Assembly (NCBI GenBank): GCA_044222185.1
Contig: JBGANV010000001.1
Span: 928,001 to 992,000 of the forward strand
Direction: 5' to 3'
Length of the DNA: 64,000 bases
Source of the DNA: Planctomycetota bacterium
Lineage (GTDB): Bacteria > Planctomycetota > GCA-002687715 > CAIWVZ01
The stretch's first letter is position 1. The number at the start of each line of letters is the position of its first letter. The notes under the pieces were generated by a model. It was not told the origin of the DNA and ran no database searches. It worked only from the letters and a program-made list of their open reading frames with translations. Below, piece after piece: positions 8,437 to 18,758 of the stretch. Both the position numbers and the translations under genes were made by a program.

Positions 8437-10380
8437 TCAGTAGATCAGGAGGATGTCGGTCAGCCCTTCCGTCGTCGCCAGGTAGTTCGAGTCTGCCTGG
8501 ATCTTCGACAGGAGCGGGAGGTCGTCCTTGTCACCGAGGATGCCCAAGGCCACCGTCGCGAAGGCGCGGGCGTTGTCCTTGTACTGGTCCTTCTTCTCGA
8601 CCATCTGGGTCAAGACTGGGACGGCCTTGCGATCACCGATGAATCCGAGGGCGACCGCCGCACCACCGAGGGCCGACAGGTTGTCCGCGGCGGACTCGAT
8701 CACCTTCGTGAGGATCGCGACGGCTTCCGGATCCTGGATCAGACCGAGGGCGAACGACGCACGGCGCTGGACGTCCAGGTCCGCCACGCGCTTCGCGAGC
8801 TCTTCGATCTGCGGGAGCGCCGACTTCTCGCCCATGAGGCCCAGGCCGAGCGCGACGTAACCCTTCAGGTTCGGGCTGCCGCCCGTCTTGAGTTCCTCGA
8901 TCATCGGGGCTGCACCGGCCTTGTGCTCGATGAGGCCCATGGCGACGGCGTAGGCGCCTCGCTCCGAGTCGTTCTTGGTCTGCGCGAAGAGGTCCAGCAA
9001 TTCCTTGCCGATCTCCGCGCGGCTGTCCTTGAACTTGTAGCCGTAGACGCCGAGCGCCATGGCGGAGAAGGTCCGGTCGTGCTGCTGGCCCTTCTTGAGC
9101 TGGAAGACCAGGTGGTCGCGACCCTTCGTGTTCCCGATCTGGCCGAGGGCGATCAGGCAGAAGTTGCGCACGGCGCGATCCGCGGCGCTCTTCGACTGCT
9201 TGATGAGCTCATCCACGGTCTTCTCGTCATCGCGCGGCGTGAGGAGGCCGAGCGCGATGGCGGCCGAGCGCTGGACGTGCGTGCTCTTGTCCGTGAGACC
9301 GTCCTTGACGAGCCAGGACACGGCGCCCGTGTCACCCAGCTTGCCGAGAGCGATGACGGCATGAGCGCGAACGAGCTGGTCGCCTTCGATGTTCTCGACG
9401 AGCTTCTTGATCGCCGGGATCGCCGCCTGCGACTTCATGATTCCCAGCGCGAGTGCCGGGAACACGTTGACGTCGCGGTCAGGCGCTTCGCCCTGCATCT
9501 GCTTGATGAGCTCATCGATGACGGACGCGTTGTCGAACGCCTCGCGGCTGCCGATGAGGCCGATGGCCGCAGCGGCGTACGCGCGTTGACGGGACAGAAG
9601 GTCCTTCGTGCCCTGGCCGCACAGCGCGCGGGCCGCGGGCTCGTTCTTCATGATCGAAATGAGCAGCGGGATCGATTCCTTCGACCCGAGCATGCCCAGA
9701 CCGAGGCAGGCCGACTCCCGGACGGTCTTGTCCTGGTCGGCGAGGAGCTTCTTGATCTCCTCGAGGACGTCGGTGCTCTTCGAGTCCGCAATCTTGCCGG
9801 CCGCGATGACGGCTCCGGCGCGTGCGTCGAAGAAGCTGTCCTTCATGCCCAAGAGGACGGCCGGCAGCACGAGCTTGCGGATGTCGGACGCCGTGGGCTT
9901 GGCGACCACGGTGCCTTCGCTCTCGCCGAGGAGGGCGTCGGTGTTGCTCGTGGTGTTTTCCTTGCCGCGCGTCGTGGCCTTCAACTTGAGGAACTGATCG
10001 TCGTTCAGTTCCCACCAGAAGTCCCAGTCGTTCGTGCGATCGTCATCTTTGGCTTTGGCTTTGCCTTGCGTGGTGCCGCCACCGCGTCCCGCGGGACCTG
10101 CACCGCCGCGACCGCCGCCCGGCGGACGCGAAGGCCCACCGCCGCCGCCTGGAGGCGTGGTACCGCCGCCGTTTCCGCCGCCGGTCGCTCCACCCGCAGG
10201 GCCACCGCCTCCGGTCGTGCCGCCGTTGGGGCCGCCTGTGTGACCACCGGCCGGTCCTCCGAACGTCGGCGTCCCGCCGCCGGCGGGCCCTGAGTACGTT
10301 CCACCGTGACCTTGCGCGAGGTCGGCCATGACACCGCCGACGACGAGCAGGGCGACGCTAAAAAAAACACTCCGCATCAC
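8437..10380 (-). CDS. secreted HEAT-repeat protein with Gly/Pro-rich N-terminal linker
   Basis: Signal peptide ending LAQG-HGG, ~80 aa Gly/Thr/Pro tract, then many PBS-lyase-type HEAT repeats (VRESACLGLG, VRAHAVIALGKLGD, VQRSAAIALG). Confidence 0.85.
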   Translation of the reverse strand: MMRSVFFSVALLVVGGVMADLAQGHGGTYSGPAGGGTPTFGGPAGGHTGGPNGGTTGGGGPAGGATGGGNGGGTTPPGGGGGPSRPPGGGRGGAGPAGRGGGTTQGKAKAKDDDRTNDWDFWWELNDDQFLKLKATTRGKENTTSNTDALLGESEGTVVAKPTASDIRKLVLPAVLLGMKDSFFDARAGAVIAAGKIADSKSTDVLEEIKKLLADQDKTVRESACLGLGMLGSKESIPLLISIMKNEPAARALCGQGTKDLLSRQRAYAAAAIGLIGSREAFDNASVIDELIKQMQGEAPDRDVNVFPALALGIMKSQAAIPAIKKLVENIEGDQLVRAHAVIALGKLGDTGAVSWLVKDGLTDKSTHVQRSAAIALGLLTPRDDEKTVDELIKQSKSAADRAVRNFCLIALGQIGNTKGRDHLVFQLKKGQQHDRTFSAMALGVYGYKFKDSRAEIGKELLDLFAQTKNDSERGAYAVAMGLIEHKAGAAPMIEELKTGGSPNLKGYVALGLGLMGEKSALPQIEELAKRVADLDVQRRASFALGLIQDPEAVAILTKVIESAADNLSALGGAAVALGFIGDRKAVPVLTQMVEKKDQYKDNARAFATVALGILGDKDDLPLLSKIQADSNYLATTEGLTDILLIY

Positions 10381-10456
10381 TGGACATCTCCCGAGTTGTT
10401 CCAGCCGAGGGAACAGGCGGCTGACCCATCAACCGCTTCTGCGCACCTCGAGAGTG

Positions 10457-10473
10457 TGCAATTGAAGTGCCGA
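10457..10473 (-). promoter_or_regulatory. sigma-54 (-24/-12) promoter of the HEAT-repeat gene
   Basis: Minus strand reads TCGGCACTTCAATTGCA (GGCAC-N5-TTGCA), ~75 bp upstream of the start; an IHF-like TAACTCATTG sits at 10513-10522. Confidence 0.6.
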
Positions 10474-10742
10474 AGCCCGAAGCGGCCGAGCCTGGCGCAT
10501 GTGCGACGCCCTTAACTCATTGCAAGAGATGTGGATGCGGCATCGCGCAGTTGTTTCTCGAAGGCGATCTGCCGTGTTGGTGGCGGCGTCGGGCCTGGGT
10601 TTCCGTCACCGTTCGGGAATGCCGTGCCGGCCGCGTAACGAACCCCGATGGCCCGCGTCGTCGCGCCGTGCTGCGCCGGGTCTGCGTGCGGGAACTGCGC
10701 CGCAGTTGATGTCACACCATGTCGCCGTGATCCTTGCCCGCC

Positions 10743-12428
10743 ATGTCGTTTCGTGTCGCACTCTGTCAGATCGATACGGTCCCCGGGGATATTCCGCGAA
10801 ATCTCGCTGAGGTGCGAAAGGCTGTGGCCCGCGCCCGCGAGCTTGGCGCACGCCTGGCCGTACTGCCGGAAATGGCGCTGGTGGGCTATTGCCCACGGGA
10901 CCTGCTCTTCCGGCGTCGCTTCGTCGAGGCGGCGGAGGATGCGCTCCGCGACCTCGCTGCGGACTCACATGGCATCTGCATCGTCGTCGGCACGGTCGGT
11001 GTCAACGGCGCCGGCGGCGGGCGCCCATTCGCCAACCTCGCCGTGGTCCTCGACGATGGTCGTGAGATTGCCCGGATCCAGAAGACGCTGCTGCCGGCAT
11101 ACGACGTGTTCGACGAGGCGCGCTACTTCGAACCAGGTGAACCGGGGGCGCCGGTCGTGGTGGACGGCCGGCGCGTGGGCGTGATGGTCTGTGAGGACCT
11201 CTGGTCGAGACCGGTGGACTACGAAGCGACCGGCTACCGGTCCGACCCGGCGTCGGTCCTGGTTCGGCAAGGCGCCGAGATCCTCGTGAACATCTCCGCG
11301 TCGCCGTTCCACCGTGGGAAGGCCAGGATGCGCGAGGACCTGGTTCGGGCGACAGCGCGCGCCCTCCAACGGCCACTCGTCCTGACCAACCTCGTGGGCG
11401 GAAACGACGACGTGCTCTTCGACGGGCGATCGCTCGTTGCCGATTCCGCCGGTGCGCTGATGTATCGAGCTCCGGCGTACCGCGGTTCGGTCGACGTCGT
11501 CGACCTCGACGGGACCCAACGCGAGGACGAACGACTTCCCGTGGCCGAAGATCCGGCCGACCTGTACGCCGCTCTCGTCATGGGCGTACGCGACTACGCC
11601 GCCAAGTGTGGATTCAAGAGCGCCCACCTCGGACTCTCCGGAGGGATCGACTCGACGCTGGTCGCGATCATCGCCGCGGACGCTTTCGGCGCGAGCGCCG
11701 TGCGCGGACTCGCCATGCCGTCGCGCTTCTCGTCCGAGGGAAGCGTCGCCGACGCGCTCGAACTCGCACGACGGCTGGGCATCCGGTGCGACGTCGTGTC
11801 GATCGAACCTGCGTTCGAAGCACTGCGGGCAGGGCTCGAGCCGGCCCTCGGCCAGGCGCCATTCGGTGTGACGGAGGAGAACCTCCAGTCTCGGATCCGC
11901 GGCATCATGCTCATGGGTGTCAGCAACCGTACCGGGAGCCTGCTGCTGAGCACCGGCAACAAGTCGGAGATGGCCGTCGGCTATTGCACGCTCTACGGCG
12001 ACATGTGTGGCGGGCTCGCCGTCATCTCGGACATCTACAAGACGGACGTCTATCGTGTGTCGGAGTGGTTGGCGAAGACCCGTGGCGTCGTTCCCCTGGC
12101 GTGCTTGACGAAACCGCCGTCGGCGGAGTTGCGACCGAACCAGACGGACCAGGATTCGCTGCCCCCCTACGCCGTCCTCGACGCGATCCTCGAGCTTCAC
12201 CTGGAGCACGAATGCGGCGTTCGCGACATCGTCGCAAAAGGCTTCGACGAGGGGACCGTCCGGCGCGTGCTTCGAATGGTGGCCAGCAACGAGTTCAAGC
12301 GTCACCAGGCGCCGCCGGGCCTGCGTGTATCCCGCAAGGCATTCGGGCAGGGAAGACGCATGCCGATCGCGGCCAGCGGCTTGGAATGGCTCGACGGTGA
12401 GGGGCGCCAGGCGGGCGCGTCGCGTTGA
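10743..12428 (+). CDS. nadE: glutamine-dependent NAD+ synthetase
   Basis: Nitrilase-like N-domain (LPEM, KTLLPAYDVFDEARYF, VCEDLW) plus NAD synthase domain (GLSGGIDS, ENLQSRIRG, TGNKSE, KPPSAELRPNQTDQDSLPPY). Confidence 0.96.
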   Translation: MSFRVALCQIDTVPGDIPRNLAEVRKAVARARELGARLAVLPEMALVGYCPRDLLFRRRFVEAAEDALRDLAADSHGICIVVGTVGVNGAGGGRPFANLAVVLDDGREIARIQKTLLPAYDVFDEARYFEPGEPGAPVVVDGRRVGVMVCEDLWSRPVDYEATGYRSDPASVLVRQGAEILVNISASPFHRGKARMREDLVRATARALQRPLVLTNLVGGNDDVLFDGRSLVADSAGALMYRAPAYRGSVDVVDLDGTQREDERLPVAEDPADLYAALVMGVRDYAAKCGFKSAHLGLSGGIDSTLVAIIAADAFGASAVRGLAMPSRFSSEGSVADALELARRLGIRCDVVSIEPAFEALRAGLEPALGQAPFGVTEENLQSRIRGIMLMGVSNRTGSLLLSTGNKSEMAVGYCTLYGDMCGGLAVISDIYKTDVYRVSEWLAKTRGVVPLACLTKPPSAELRPNQTDQDSLPPYAVLDAILELHLEHECGVRDIVAKGFDEGTVRRVLRMVASNEFKRHQAPPGLRVSRKAFGQGRRMPIAASGLEWLDGEGRQAGASR

Positions 12429-12493
12429 ATCCTCGTACGTCGACCCCTATGGTGCATCCTCTCTCCGCCGCTACGCGCTCCATCCACAAACCT

Positions 12494-13708
12494 ATGCCCT
12501 CAAAGAAACGTCCGTCCCGAACGGGACTGTGGCTCGTCGGTGCCCGCGGCGGACTCGCCACGACGTTGATCGTCGGACTCCATCTGATGCGGCGTGGCCT
12601 CGTCTCGCGCAACGGCCTCATGACCGAGGGACCGGAGGTTTCGGGGCTTCCGGTGCCGGCCCTGGACGACCTGGTCGTCGGCGGCCACGACATCCGCCAG
12701 TCGACGGTCTTCGACAGTGCCGTCGAGATCTACAACGAGACGCGCACGATCCCGTACGACAAATTGCTCCTCGTTCGGGACGAGCTGTCGGAGGTCGACG
12801 GGCGGATCCGTCTCGGGACCGTCACGAACTGCGGCGCCGCGATCACGAAGCTCGCGTCGCGGCGCGTCGGGGCCGACACGCGAAGCCTCCGTGCCGTCGT
12901 GACCCGGATCCGAAAGGACATCGAGGAGTTCCGCGCGTCGAACGCGCTCGATCAGGTCGTCGTCGTGAATCTCGCGTCGACGGAGCCTCCGATCGCAAAG
13001 GCCCCGGAGCACACGGATCTGGCGGCGCTGCGCGCGGCGGTCGCTCGCAACGAGCCGAAGCACCTGCGCGCGAGCACTCTGTACACGATGGCCGCGTTCG
13101 AAGCCGGATGTGCCTACGTCAATTTCACCCCGAGCAACGCCGCGCTCACTCCCGCGCTCCAGCAACTCGGGCGCGAGAGCGGGGTGCCGTTCGTCGGAAG
13201 CGACGGCAAGACGGGGGAGACACTCGTGAAGTCCGCCCTCGCCCCCATGTTCAAGTACCGCCACCTGAAAGTGCTCAGCTGGCAGGGATACAACATGCTC
13301 GGCGATCGCGACGGCCAGATCCTCGCCGATCCCGAGAACAAGGCGTCCAAACTGAAGACGAAGGACTCGGTGCTGTCGAGCATCCTGGGCTACCCGCTCC
13401 ACACGCATGTCGCCATCGACTACGTCCGGAGTCTCAGCGACCTGAAGACGGCTTGGGACTTCATCCACTTCGAGGGGTTCCTCGACTACAAGATGTCGCT
13501 GCAGTTCACGTGGCAGGGTTGCGACGCGATCCTGGCGGCGCCGTTGGTGATCGATCTCGCCCGGTTTTCAGCGGCGGCGCGTCGCCGCGGAGAGTCCGGG
13601 CCGATGTCGCATCTGGCCTGTTTCTTCAAGAGTCCGTTGGGTGTCGATGAGCAGGACCTGCACTTCCAGTTCCACATGCTCCTCGAGTACCTGCGGTCCG
13701 CGACCTGA
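12494..13708 (+). CDS. ino1: myo-inositol-1-phosphate synthase
   Basis: GARGG nucleotide-binding motif, [50 protein letters not shown]; start could be 12425-12494. Confidence 0.92.
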   Translation: MPSKKRPSRTGLWLVGARGGLATTLIVGLHLMRRGLVSRNGLMTEGPEVSGLPVPALDDLVVGGHDIRQSTVFDSAVEIYNETRTIPYDKLLLVRDELSEVDGRIRLGTVTNCGAAITKLASRRVGADTRSLRAVVTRIRKDIEEFRASNALDQVVVVNLASTEPPIAKAPEHTDLAALRAAVARNEPKHLRASTLYTMAAFEAGCAYVNFTPSNAALTPALQQLGRESGVPFVGSDGKTGETLVKSALAPMFKYRHLKVLSWQGYNMLGDRDGQILADPENKASKLKTKDSVLSSILGYPLHTHVAIDYVRSLSDLKTAWDFIHFEGFLDYKMSLQFTWQGCDAILAAPLVIDLARFSAAARRRGESGPMSHLACFFKSPLGVDEQDLHFQFHMLLEYLRSAT

Positions 13709-13886
13709 TGGTCTTGGAGTCGGGCGCAACATCGCTCAAAGTGCGACGTCGGACGCCGATCGACGCTCGGGGCGCGGGCGTCCGCCTGGATCTGGGAGCA
13801 ACGGCCCGCATCCGCCCCGCATGATCGATGGATGGCCCGGATCGCGAACTCGCGATCGAGACACCGGGCAACGGAGACCCGAACAG

Positions 13887-16169
13887 ATGTCCAAGAACAT
13901 CGAATCGACACCGGATTTCGTGAAAGCCTCATACGACCGGATCGCCCGGACGTTGCCCATCATCCGCAAGCGCCTCGGCCGCCCGCTGACGCTCACCGAG
14001 AAGATCCTCTTCGGACATCTCGATGACCCGGCGGCGCAGGATCTGACGGCGGGCAAGTCGTACCTGCAGCTCCGCCCCGATCGCGTCGCCATGCAGGACG
14101 CGACGGCTCAAATGGCATTGCTCCAGTTCGCCCAGTCGGGGATCAAGCGGGTCGCCGTTCCATCGACCGTTCACTGCGATCACCTGATCCGTGCGAACGC
14201 CGGGGCCGCGAACGACATGAAGGTCGCATTGGACGAGAATCGCGAGGTCTACGACTTCCTCCGTTCCGTCTGCGAGAAGTACGGCATCGGCTTCTGGGAG
14301 CCCGGAGCGGGAATCATCCACCAGGTCGTGCTCGAGACCTACGCCTTTCCGGGCGGACTGATGATCGGAACGGACTCGCATACGCCCAACGCCGGCGGGC
14401 TCGGAATGCTGGCGTGCGGCGTGGGCGGCGCGGACGCGGTCGACGTGATGGCAGGCCTTCCGTGGGAGGTGAAGAACCCCGAGCTCATCGGTGTCGTGCT
14501 CAAGGGACGGCTGAACGGCTGGACGGCACCGAAGGACGTCATCCTCGAGCTTTGCGGCATCCTCACCGTGAGCGGCGGCACGAATCGGATCGTCGAGTAT
14601 CTGGGGGAGGGCGCGCGATCGATCTCCTGCACGGGCAAGGGGACCGTCACGAACATGGGCGCCGAGCTCGGCGCGACCACGAGCGTGTTCCCGTTCGACC
14701 CTGCGATGGAGCGGTATCTGCGGGCCACAGAACGTGGGCCGCTCGCGGATCTCGCGGTGCAGAATCAGGCACTCCTGACGGCGGACCCCGAGGTCGAGAA
14801 GTCGCCCGAGAAGTTCTTCCATCGTGTGGTGGAGATCGATCTCTCGAAGCTCGAGCCGCGGATCGTCGGGCCGCACACCCCAGATCGCGCGCGACCGATC
14901 TCCAAGCTCGCCGCCGAGGCGAAGGCCGAGGGGTGGCCCGCGACATTCAGCTCGGCGCTGATCGGATCCTGCACGAACTCGTCGTACGAAGACATCACGC
15001 GCGCGGCCGACGTGGCCAAGCAGATCGCTGCCGTGGGCGGCAAGCTGACGGCGTCGCTTCTCGTGACTCCCGGATCGGAGCGGGTGCGTGCGACGATCGA
15101 ACGGGACGGACTGCTGACGACACTCACCGCAGCTGGTGCGACGGTGCTGGCCAACGCGTGCGGCCCGTGCATCGGCCAGTGGAAGCGCGACGACATGAAG
15201 GATGGCGTCCCGAACGCGATCATCACGTCGTTCAACCGCAACTTCCCGGCGCGCAATGACGGCAACGCCGGCACGCTGGCATTCATCGCGAGCCCCGAGA
15301 TCGTGATGGCGTACGCTGCGGCGGGCCGACTGGACGTCGACCCGACGAAGCAACCGATCACGACGAAGGACGGCAAGACGGTGACGCTGCGCGAGCCGGC
15401 CCCGGCGCCCGACCTCCCGCCAGCCGGCTTCACGAAGCTCACCTCCGGCTACCTGGCGCCGGCCGACGACGGGGATCGCGTCCAGATCGCGGTCGACCCG
15501 AAGTCGAAGCGACTTCAGCTGCTCAGCCCGTTCGCGGCCTGGGACGGAAAGGACTACGTCGAATGCCCCGTGCTGCTGAAGGCCAAGGGCAAGTGCACCA
15601 CGGATCACATTTCACCCGCGGGGCCGTGGCTCAAGTTCCGAGGCCACCTCGACAACATCAGCGACAACATGTTCCTGGGTGCAGTCAACGCCTTCACGGG
15701 TGAAGCCGGAAAGGGGTTCAACCAGCTCACGGGATCGCGGGGCGAGTCGTTCTCGCAGATCGCGCGGGCCTACAAGGCCTCCGGGAAGCGCTGGATCGCC
15801 GTCGGCGACAGCAACTACGGCGAAGGCTCGAGCCGGGAGCACGCGGCCATGTCGCCGCGATTCCTCGGCGCCGCCGCCGTGATCGTTCGCTCGTTCGCTC
15901 GCATTCACGAATCGAATTTGAAGAAGCAGGGCGTGCTTCCGCTGACGTTCGCGGATGCCGCCGACTACGAGAAGGTCCGGGAGACCGACAGGATCTCGAT
16001 TCGTGACCTTGCGTCCTTGGCGCCGGGGCGCGATGTGACGGCGACGCTCCATCATGCCGACGGGACGACGGAGACGTTGAGGCTTCGGCAGACGCTGAAC
16101 CAGGAGCAGATCGACTGGTTCAAGGCGGGCTCGGCGTTGAACAAGCTGGCGCGCGGTTCGGCTCGATAG
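13887..16169 (+). CDS. acnA: aconitate hydratase (mitochondrial-type AcnA subfamily)
   Basis: [69 protein letters not shown]. Confidence 0.95.
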   Translation: MSKNIESTPDFVKASYDRIARTLPIIRKRLGRPLTLTEKILFGHLDDPAAQDLTAGKSYLQLRPDRVAMQDATAQMALLQFAQSGIKRVAVPSTVHCDHLIRANAGAANDMKVALDENREVYDFLRSVCEKYGIGFWEPGAGIIHQVVLETYAFPGGLMIGTDSHTPNAGGLGMLACGVGGADAVDVMAGLPWEVKNPELIGVVLKGRLNGWTAPKDVILELCGILTVSGGTNRIVEYLGEGARSISCTGKGTVTNMGAELGATTSVFPFDPAMERYLRATERGPLADLAVQNQALLTADPEVEKSPEKFFHRVVEIDLSKLEPRIVGPHTPDRARPISKLAAEAKAEGWPATFSSALIGSCTNSSYEDITRAADVAKQIAAVGGKLTASLLVTPGSERVRATIERDGLLTTLTAAGATVLANACGPCIGQWKRDDMKDGVPNAIITSFNRNFPARNDGNAGTLAFIASPEIVMAYAAAGRLDVDPTKQPITTKDGKTVTLREPAPAPDLPPAGFTKLTSGYLAPADDGDRVQIAVDPKSKRLQLLSPFAAWDGKDYVECPVLLKAKGKCTTDHISPAGPWLKFRGHLDNISDNMFLGAVNAFTGEAGKGFNQLTGSRGESFSQIARAYKASGKRWIAVGDSNYGEGSSREHAAMSPRFLGAAAVIVRSFARIHESNLKKQGVLPLTFADAADYEKVRETDRISIRDLASLAPGRDVTATLHHADGTTETLRLRQTLNQEQIDWFKAGSALNKLARGSAR

Positions 16170-16674
16170 GCGCGTCATCGGGGGCCGGGGCCGCGGCGAC
16201 GGTTCGTCGCGAGCCCGTTCGGTGCGACGCATGGCCGACCCGGTCTCGGGTCGGCGCGTCGCCGGCGACGGATCCGATGGCTCATCGATTCGCGCCCGTG
16301 ACGGCTCGTTCGGGTGCCGTTGCGACGCGCGCGAGCCGACAAACGCGCGGTGTGAACTCACAGGGGATGGGGCGTCGTCGTCGTCGCTCGCGCGGCGTGA
16401 GGCGGACCGGGCACCGTGACCTCCGACGCTCGGGCCTGGGGTGCCCGGTGGCGGTCACGAAAGTGGCTGGGATCTGACCGGGTGAGGCGAGTCCGACGGG
16501 GCGCGATCAGCGGAGTGGATCGATCAGGACGTGTACTTCCACGCGCACGCATGACGTCCAATAATCCTTGTTATGACCACAAGACTATGGGTTTTTCGCC
16601 GAAACGACTGCGCCGCGGTCTACACGGCGCCATCACTCGAGGTCGCGCTATCCCACCGCTGGTCGCCGTGGCGA

Positions 16675-16983
16675 CTACTTGAAGAAGCTCTCCCAGACCT
16701 CGCGCGCCGATTGCGGGTTGGACTGGCCGTTCATGGAGGCTGCGCCCTCCGTCTTCGCGCCCGTCGTCGTCTCCTGGAAGTCGAACGAGTTGCAGCGGTT
16801 TCCCGCCCTCGCGTCCAGGATGCGCTCCGTGTTTGGAATCAGGCAGCGAATCTGGCCCCGTGGGACGAAGTACCTGCAGTTCTCGCAGGCGTGCAGCGAC
16901 ATGCCGCACTTCTCGCAGGTGTTGTTGAACCCTGGCTTCCCACTGGAGAGCCATGGGTGCTGACATCGATGGCACAATTTCAT
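16675..16983 (-). CDS. small Cys-rich (zinc-ribbon-like) hypothetical protein
   Basis: MKLCHRC...CEKC...LHACENCRYF...C...NRCNSFDF...ESFFK: three CxxC pairs plus two further Cys. Confidence 0.75.
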   Translation of the reverse strand: MKLCHRCQHPWLSSGKPGFNNTCEKCGMSLHACENCRYFVPRGQIRCLIPNTERILDARAGNRCNSFDFQETTTGAKTEGAASMNGQSNPQSAREVWESFFK

Positions 16984-17098
16984 GAGAGGGGTTCTCACGC
17001 AGCACGAGGCGCCGCCTGTCGACGACCCCGCCTGCTCGTGCACGCACTGATCAGTCGGTTCTCAGCAGTCCCCCATTCCCGAAGCGCCGCACACACCC

Positions 17099-17127
17099 AA
17101 AACCGGCGGCTTCCTGAAGCCGGCCGG
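17099..17127 (-). terminator. possible terminator after the 17203-18699 gene
   Basis: Minus strand CCGGCCGGCTTC-AGG-AAGCCGCCGG followed by TTTT. Confidence 0.45.
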
Positions 17128-17202
17128 CTCTCATCTCGGGCGGGATGGTAGTCGACAATCCCGCACGAAGTCAAGATCCCGAATGCTTCAACTGAAGCAC
17201 GC

Positions 17203-18699
17203 TCATTTGTCCGGTGGCTGGTACGTGCTGACGGTCTTCTCATCGAACTTGTGGAACTCGGCCTCCAGCACCGGAGCTTCCATGTTCCCGAGGATCGCCG
17301 TCTTGATGCCGTCGCGATTCATCGAGCCCGCGAGGAACTGCACGAACGCGTCCTTCATGCCGTCCGGCGACCGCTGCGCGAGGAACTGCAGGAAGTAGCC
17401 AGCCTTCATGATGGAACCGGGGGATTTCCGTTGGACTCCGTCCAGGAGCTTGGCGGCGTCCGTCGTCTCGGCCTTGGCGTTCGGCCAGATGAAACAGGCC
17501 TGCTTGTACGGCGGCCGATACTTCATTCCCGTCGGGCCCGCGTAGAAGCCGGAGAAGAACGACGTGAATGCATCGAGGAGCTTCGGGTCCTGCTTCGTGA
17601 TGTCCGCGAAGCGGCCGATGTACGCCTCGGCGGCCGCACGCCCGACCCACCATTTCACGTAGTCCTCGTCCTGGAAGAACGTGAACGCACCGCCGCGCTT
17701 CTTCTCGGCGAGCGGCGAATAGAACATGCCATCGTCGCTCGACCGGAACGCCGCCCAATCGGGTTTGGCAGCCGCGCCGAAGGCCCGATACTCGTCGGTG
17801 CTCTTGCCGAGCCGAATGACCAGGAGTCCTGCGTCGCCGTAGACGTCCGGCTCGATCCCGCTCATGGCGATCGCGGCGGCAACCGCATCCTCCGCCACCT
17901 TCAGGAGGATCGAGGAACGCTTGTGTCGCAGAGTCGTGTGGAGTTCGACGTGCTGACTCTTGAACACCCAAGGGTCGTCCCATTTCTGATGAAGTTCGTC
18001 GAGATCCGCAGTCTCCTTCCATGCGCCCTTGTACTTGCGTTGGCCCGCGTCGAACTTCGCCTGCTCCTCCTTCGTGAGCCATTCACCTTCACAGTTCCGC
18101 AGCCCCTGATCCTCGATCTTCTTCTTGAGCTCCTTCGTGACCCACCAGCCCTCGTGTTGGACGAGCCCGAGTTTCTTGATCGACGCCTCGGCGGGCGCGA
18201 TCCACGTTCCGTCCTTCTGCTGCACGAAGTTCAGGGCCTTGAAGCGCGGAGCCATTTCCTTCTGGCGCGCCGCTTCTGCCTCGGCCGCAGGGATCCATTT
18301 TCCGTCCTTCTTCACGTTCCCGAGTGCAGCCTGGGCTTCCGCATTCTCCGGGTCAGCCTTCACGATCTCGCCGTAGAGAGCGCGGGCCTCCTTGCCCAAT
18401 CCCTCGCCCTTGGCCCATTTCGCCAGCTCGATGAGCGCTTTCGCATCGGTCGAGTTGGCAGCCTTGCGTCGATCGTTGAACTCGTCACGAACCGTGGGCT
18501 TCTTCTCGTAGGACTCGACCGCAGACTTGGCCAACACGATCTTCTTGTCGTCCAGGTCGACGAACGTGTACTGCGTCGCCGTTTCCTGCTTCAGCGTCAG
18601 GTTCTTGTAGACCTTGCCGTCCTTCGTCTTCACCTCGTCGGCACGGAGCATTCCGGCGAGGCACAGCACGAACGCGAGTCCAAAGAGGCAGCGTGACAT
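17203..18699 (-). CDS. secreted hypothetical protein (N-terminal helical/TPR-like region, KxDGxW repeats)
   Basis: Signal peptide (…LRA-DEV), ELAKWAK...ADPENAEAQAALG, repeated KKDGKW/QKDGTW/HEGWW/CEGEW/YKGAW motifs; strong coding codon bias. Confidence 0.75.
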   Translation of the reverse strand: MSRCLFGLAFVLCLAGMLRADEVKTKDGKVYKNLTLKQETATQYTFVDLDDKKIVLAKSAVESYEKKPTVRDEFNDRRKAANSTDAKALIELAKWAKGEGLGKEARALYGEIVKADPENAEAQAALGNVKKDGKWIPAAEAEAARQKEMAPRFKALNFVQQKDGTWIAPAEASIKKLGLVQHEGWWVTKELKKKIEDQGLRNCEGEWLTKEEQAKFDAGQRKYKGAWKETADLDELHQKWDDPWVFKSQHVELHTTLRHKRSSILLKVAEDAVAAAIAMSGIEPDVYGDAGLLVIRLGKSTDEYRAFGAAAKPDWAAFRSSDDGMFYSPLAEKKRGGAFTFFQDEDYVKWWVGRAAAEAYIGRFADITKQDPKLLDAFTSFFSGFYAGPTGMKYRPPYKQACFIWPNAKAETTDAAKLLDGVQRKSPGSIMKAGYFLQFLAQRSPDGMKDAFVQFLAGSMNRDGIKTAILGNMEAPVLEAEFHKFDEKTVSTYQPPDK

Positions 18700-18758
18700 A
18701 TCCATCTCCCGAGAGTCGGTCCAGGGGCGCGAGCGCGGAGGGGGCGCCGGATCGAGCG

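Noticed and set aside
10060-10300. GCC/CCG-rich low-complexity tract that could be a tandem repeat or array
   Set aside because: It simply encodes the Gly/Pro-rich linker of the HEAT protein; there is no fixed repeat-spacer unit.
17020-17085. TPP-riboswitch-like words (GGGG...CTGAGA...CTGATC) on the minus strand
   Set aside because: Spacing is too short, the TAATxCxxGCGxAGG half is missing, and the downstream gene is unrelated to thiamine.
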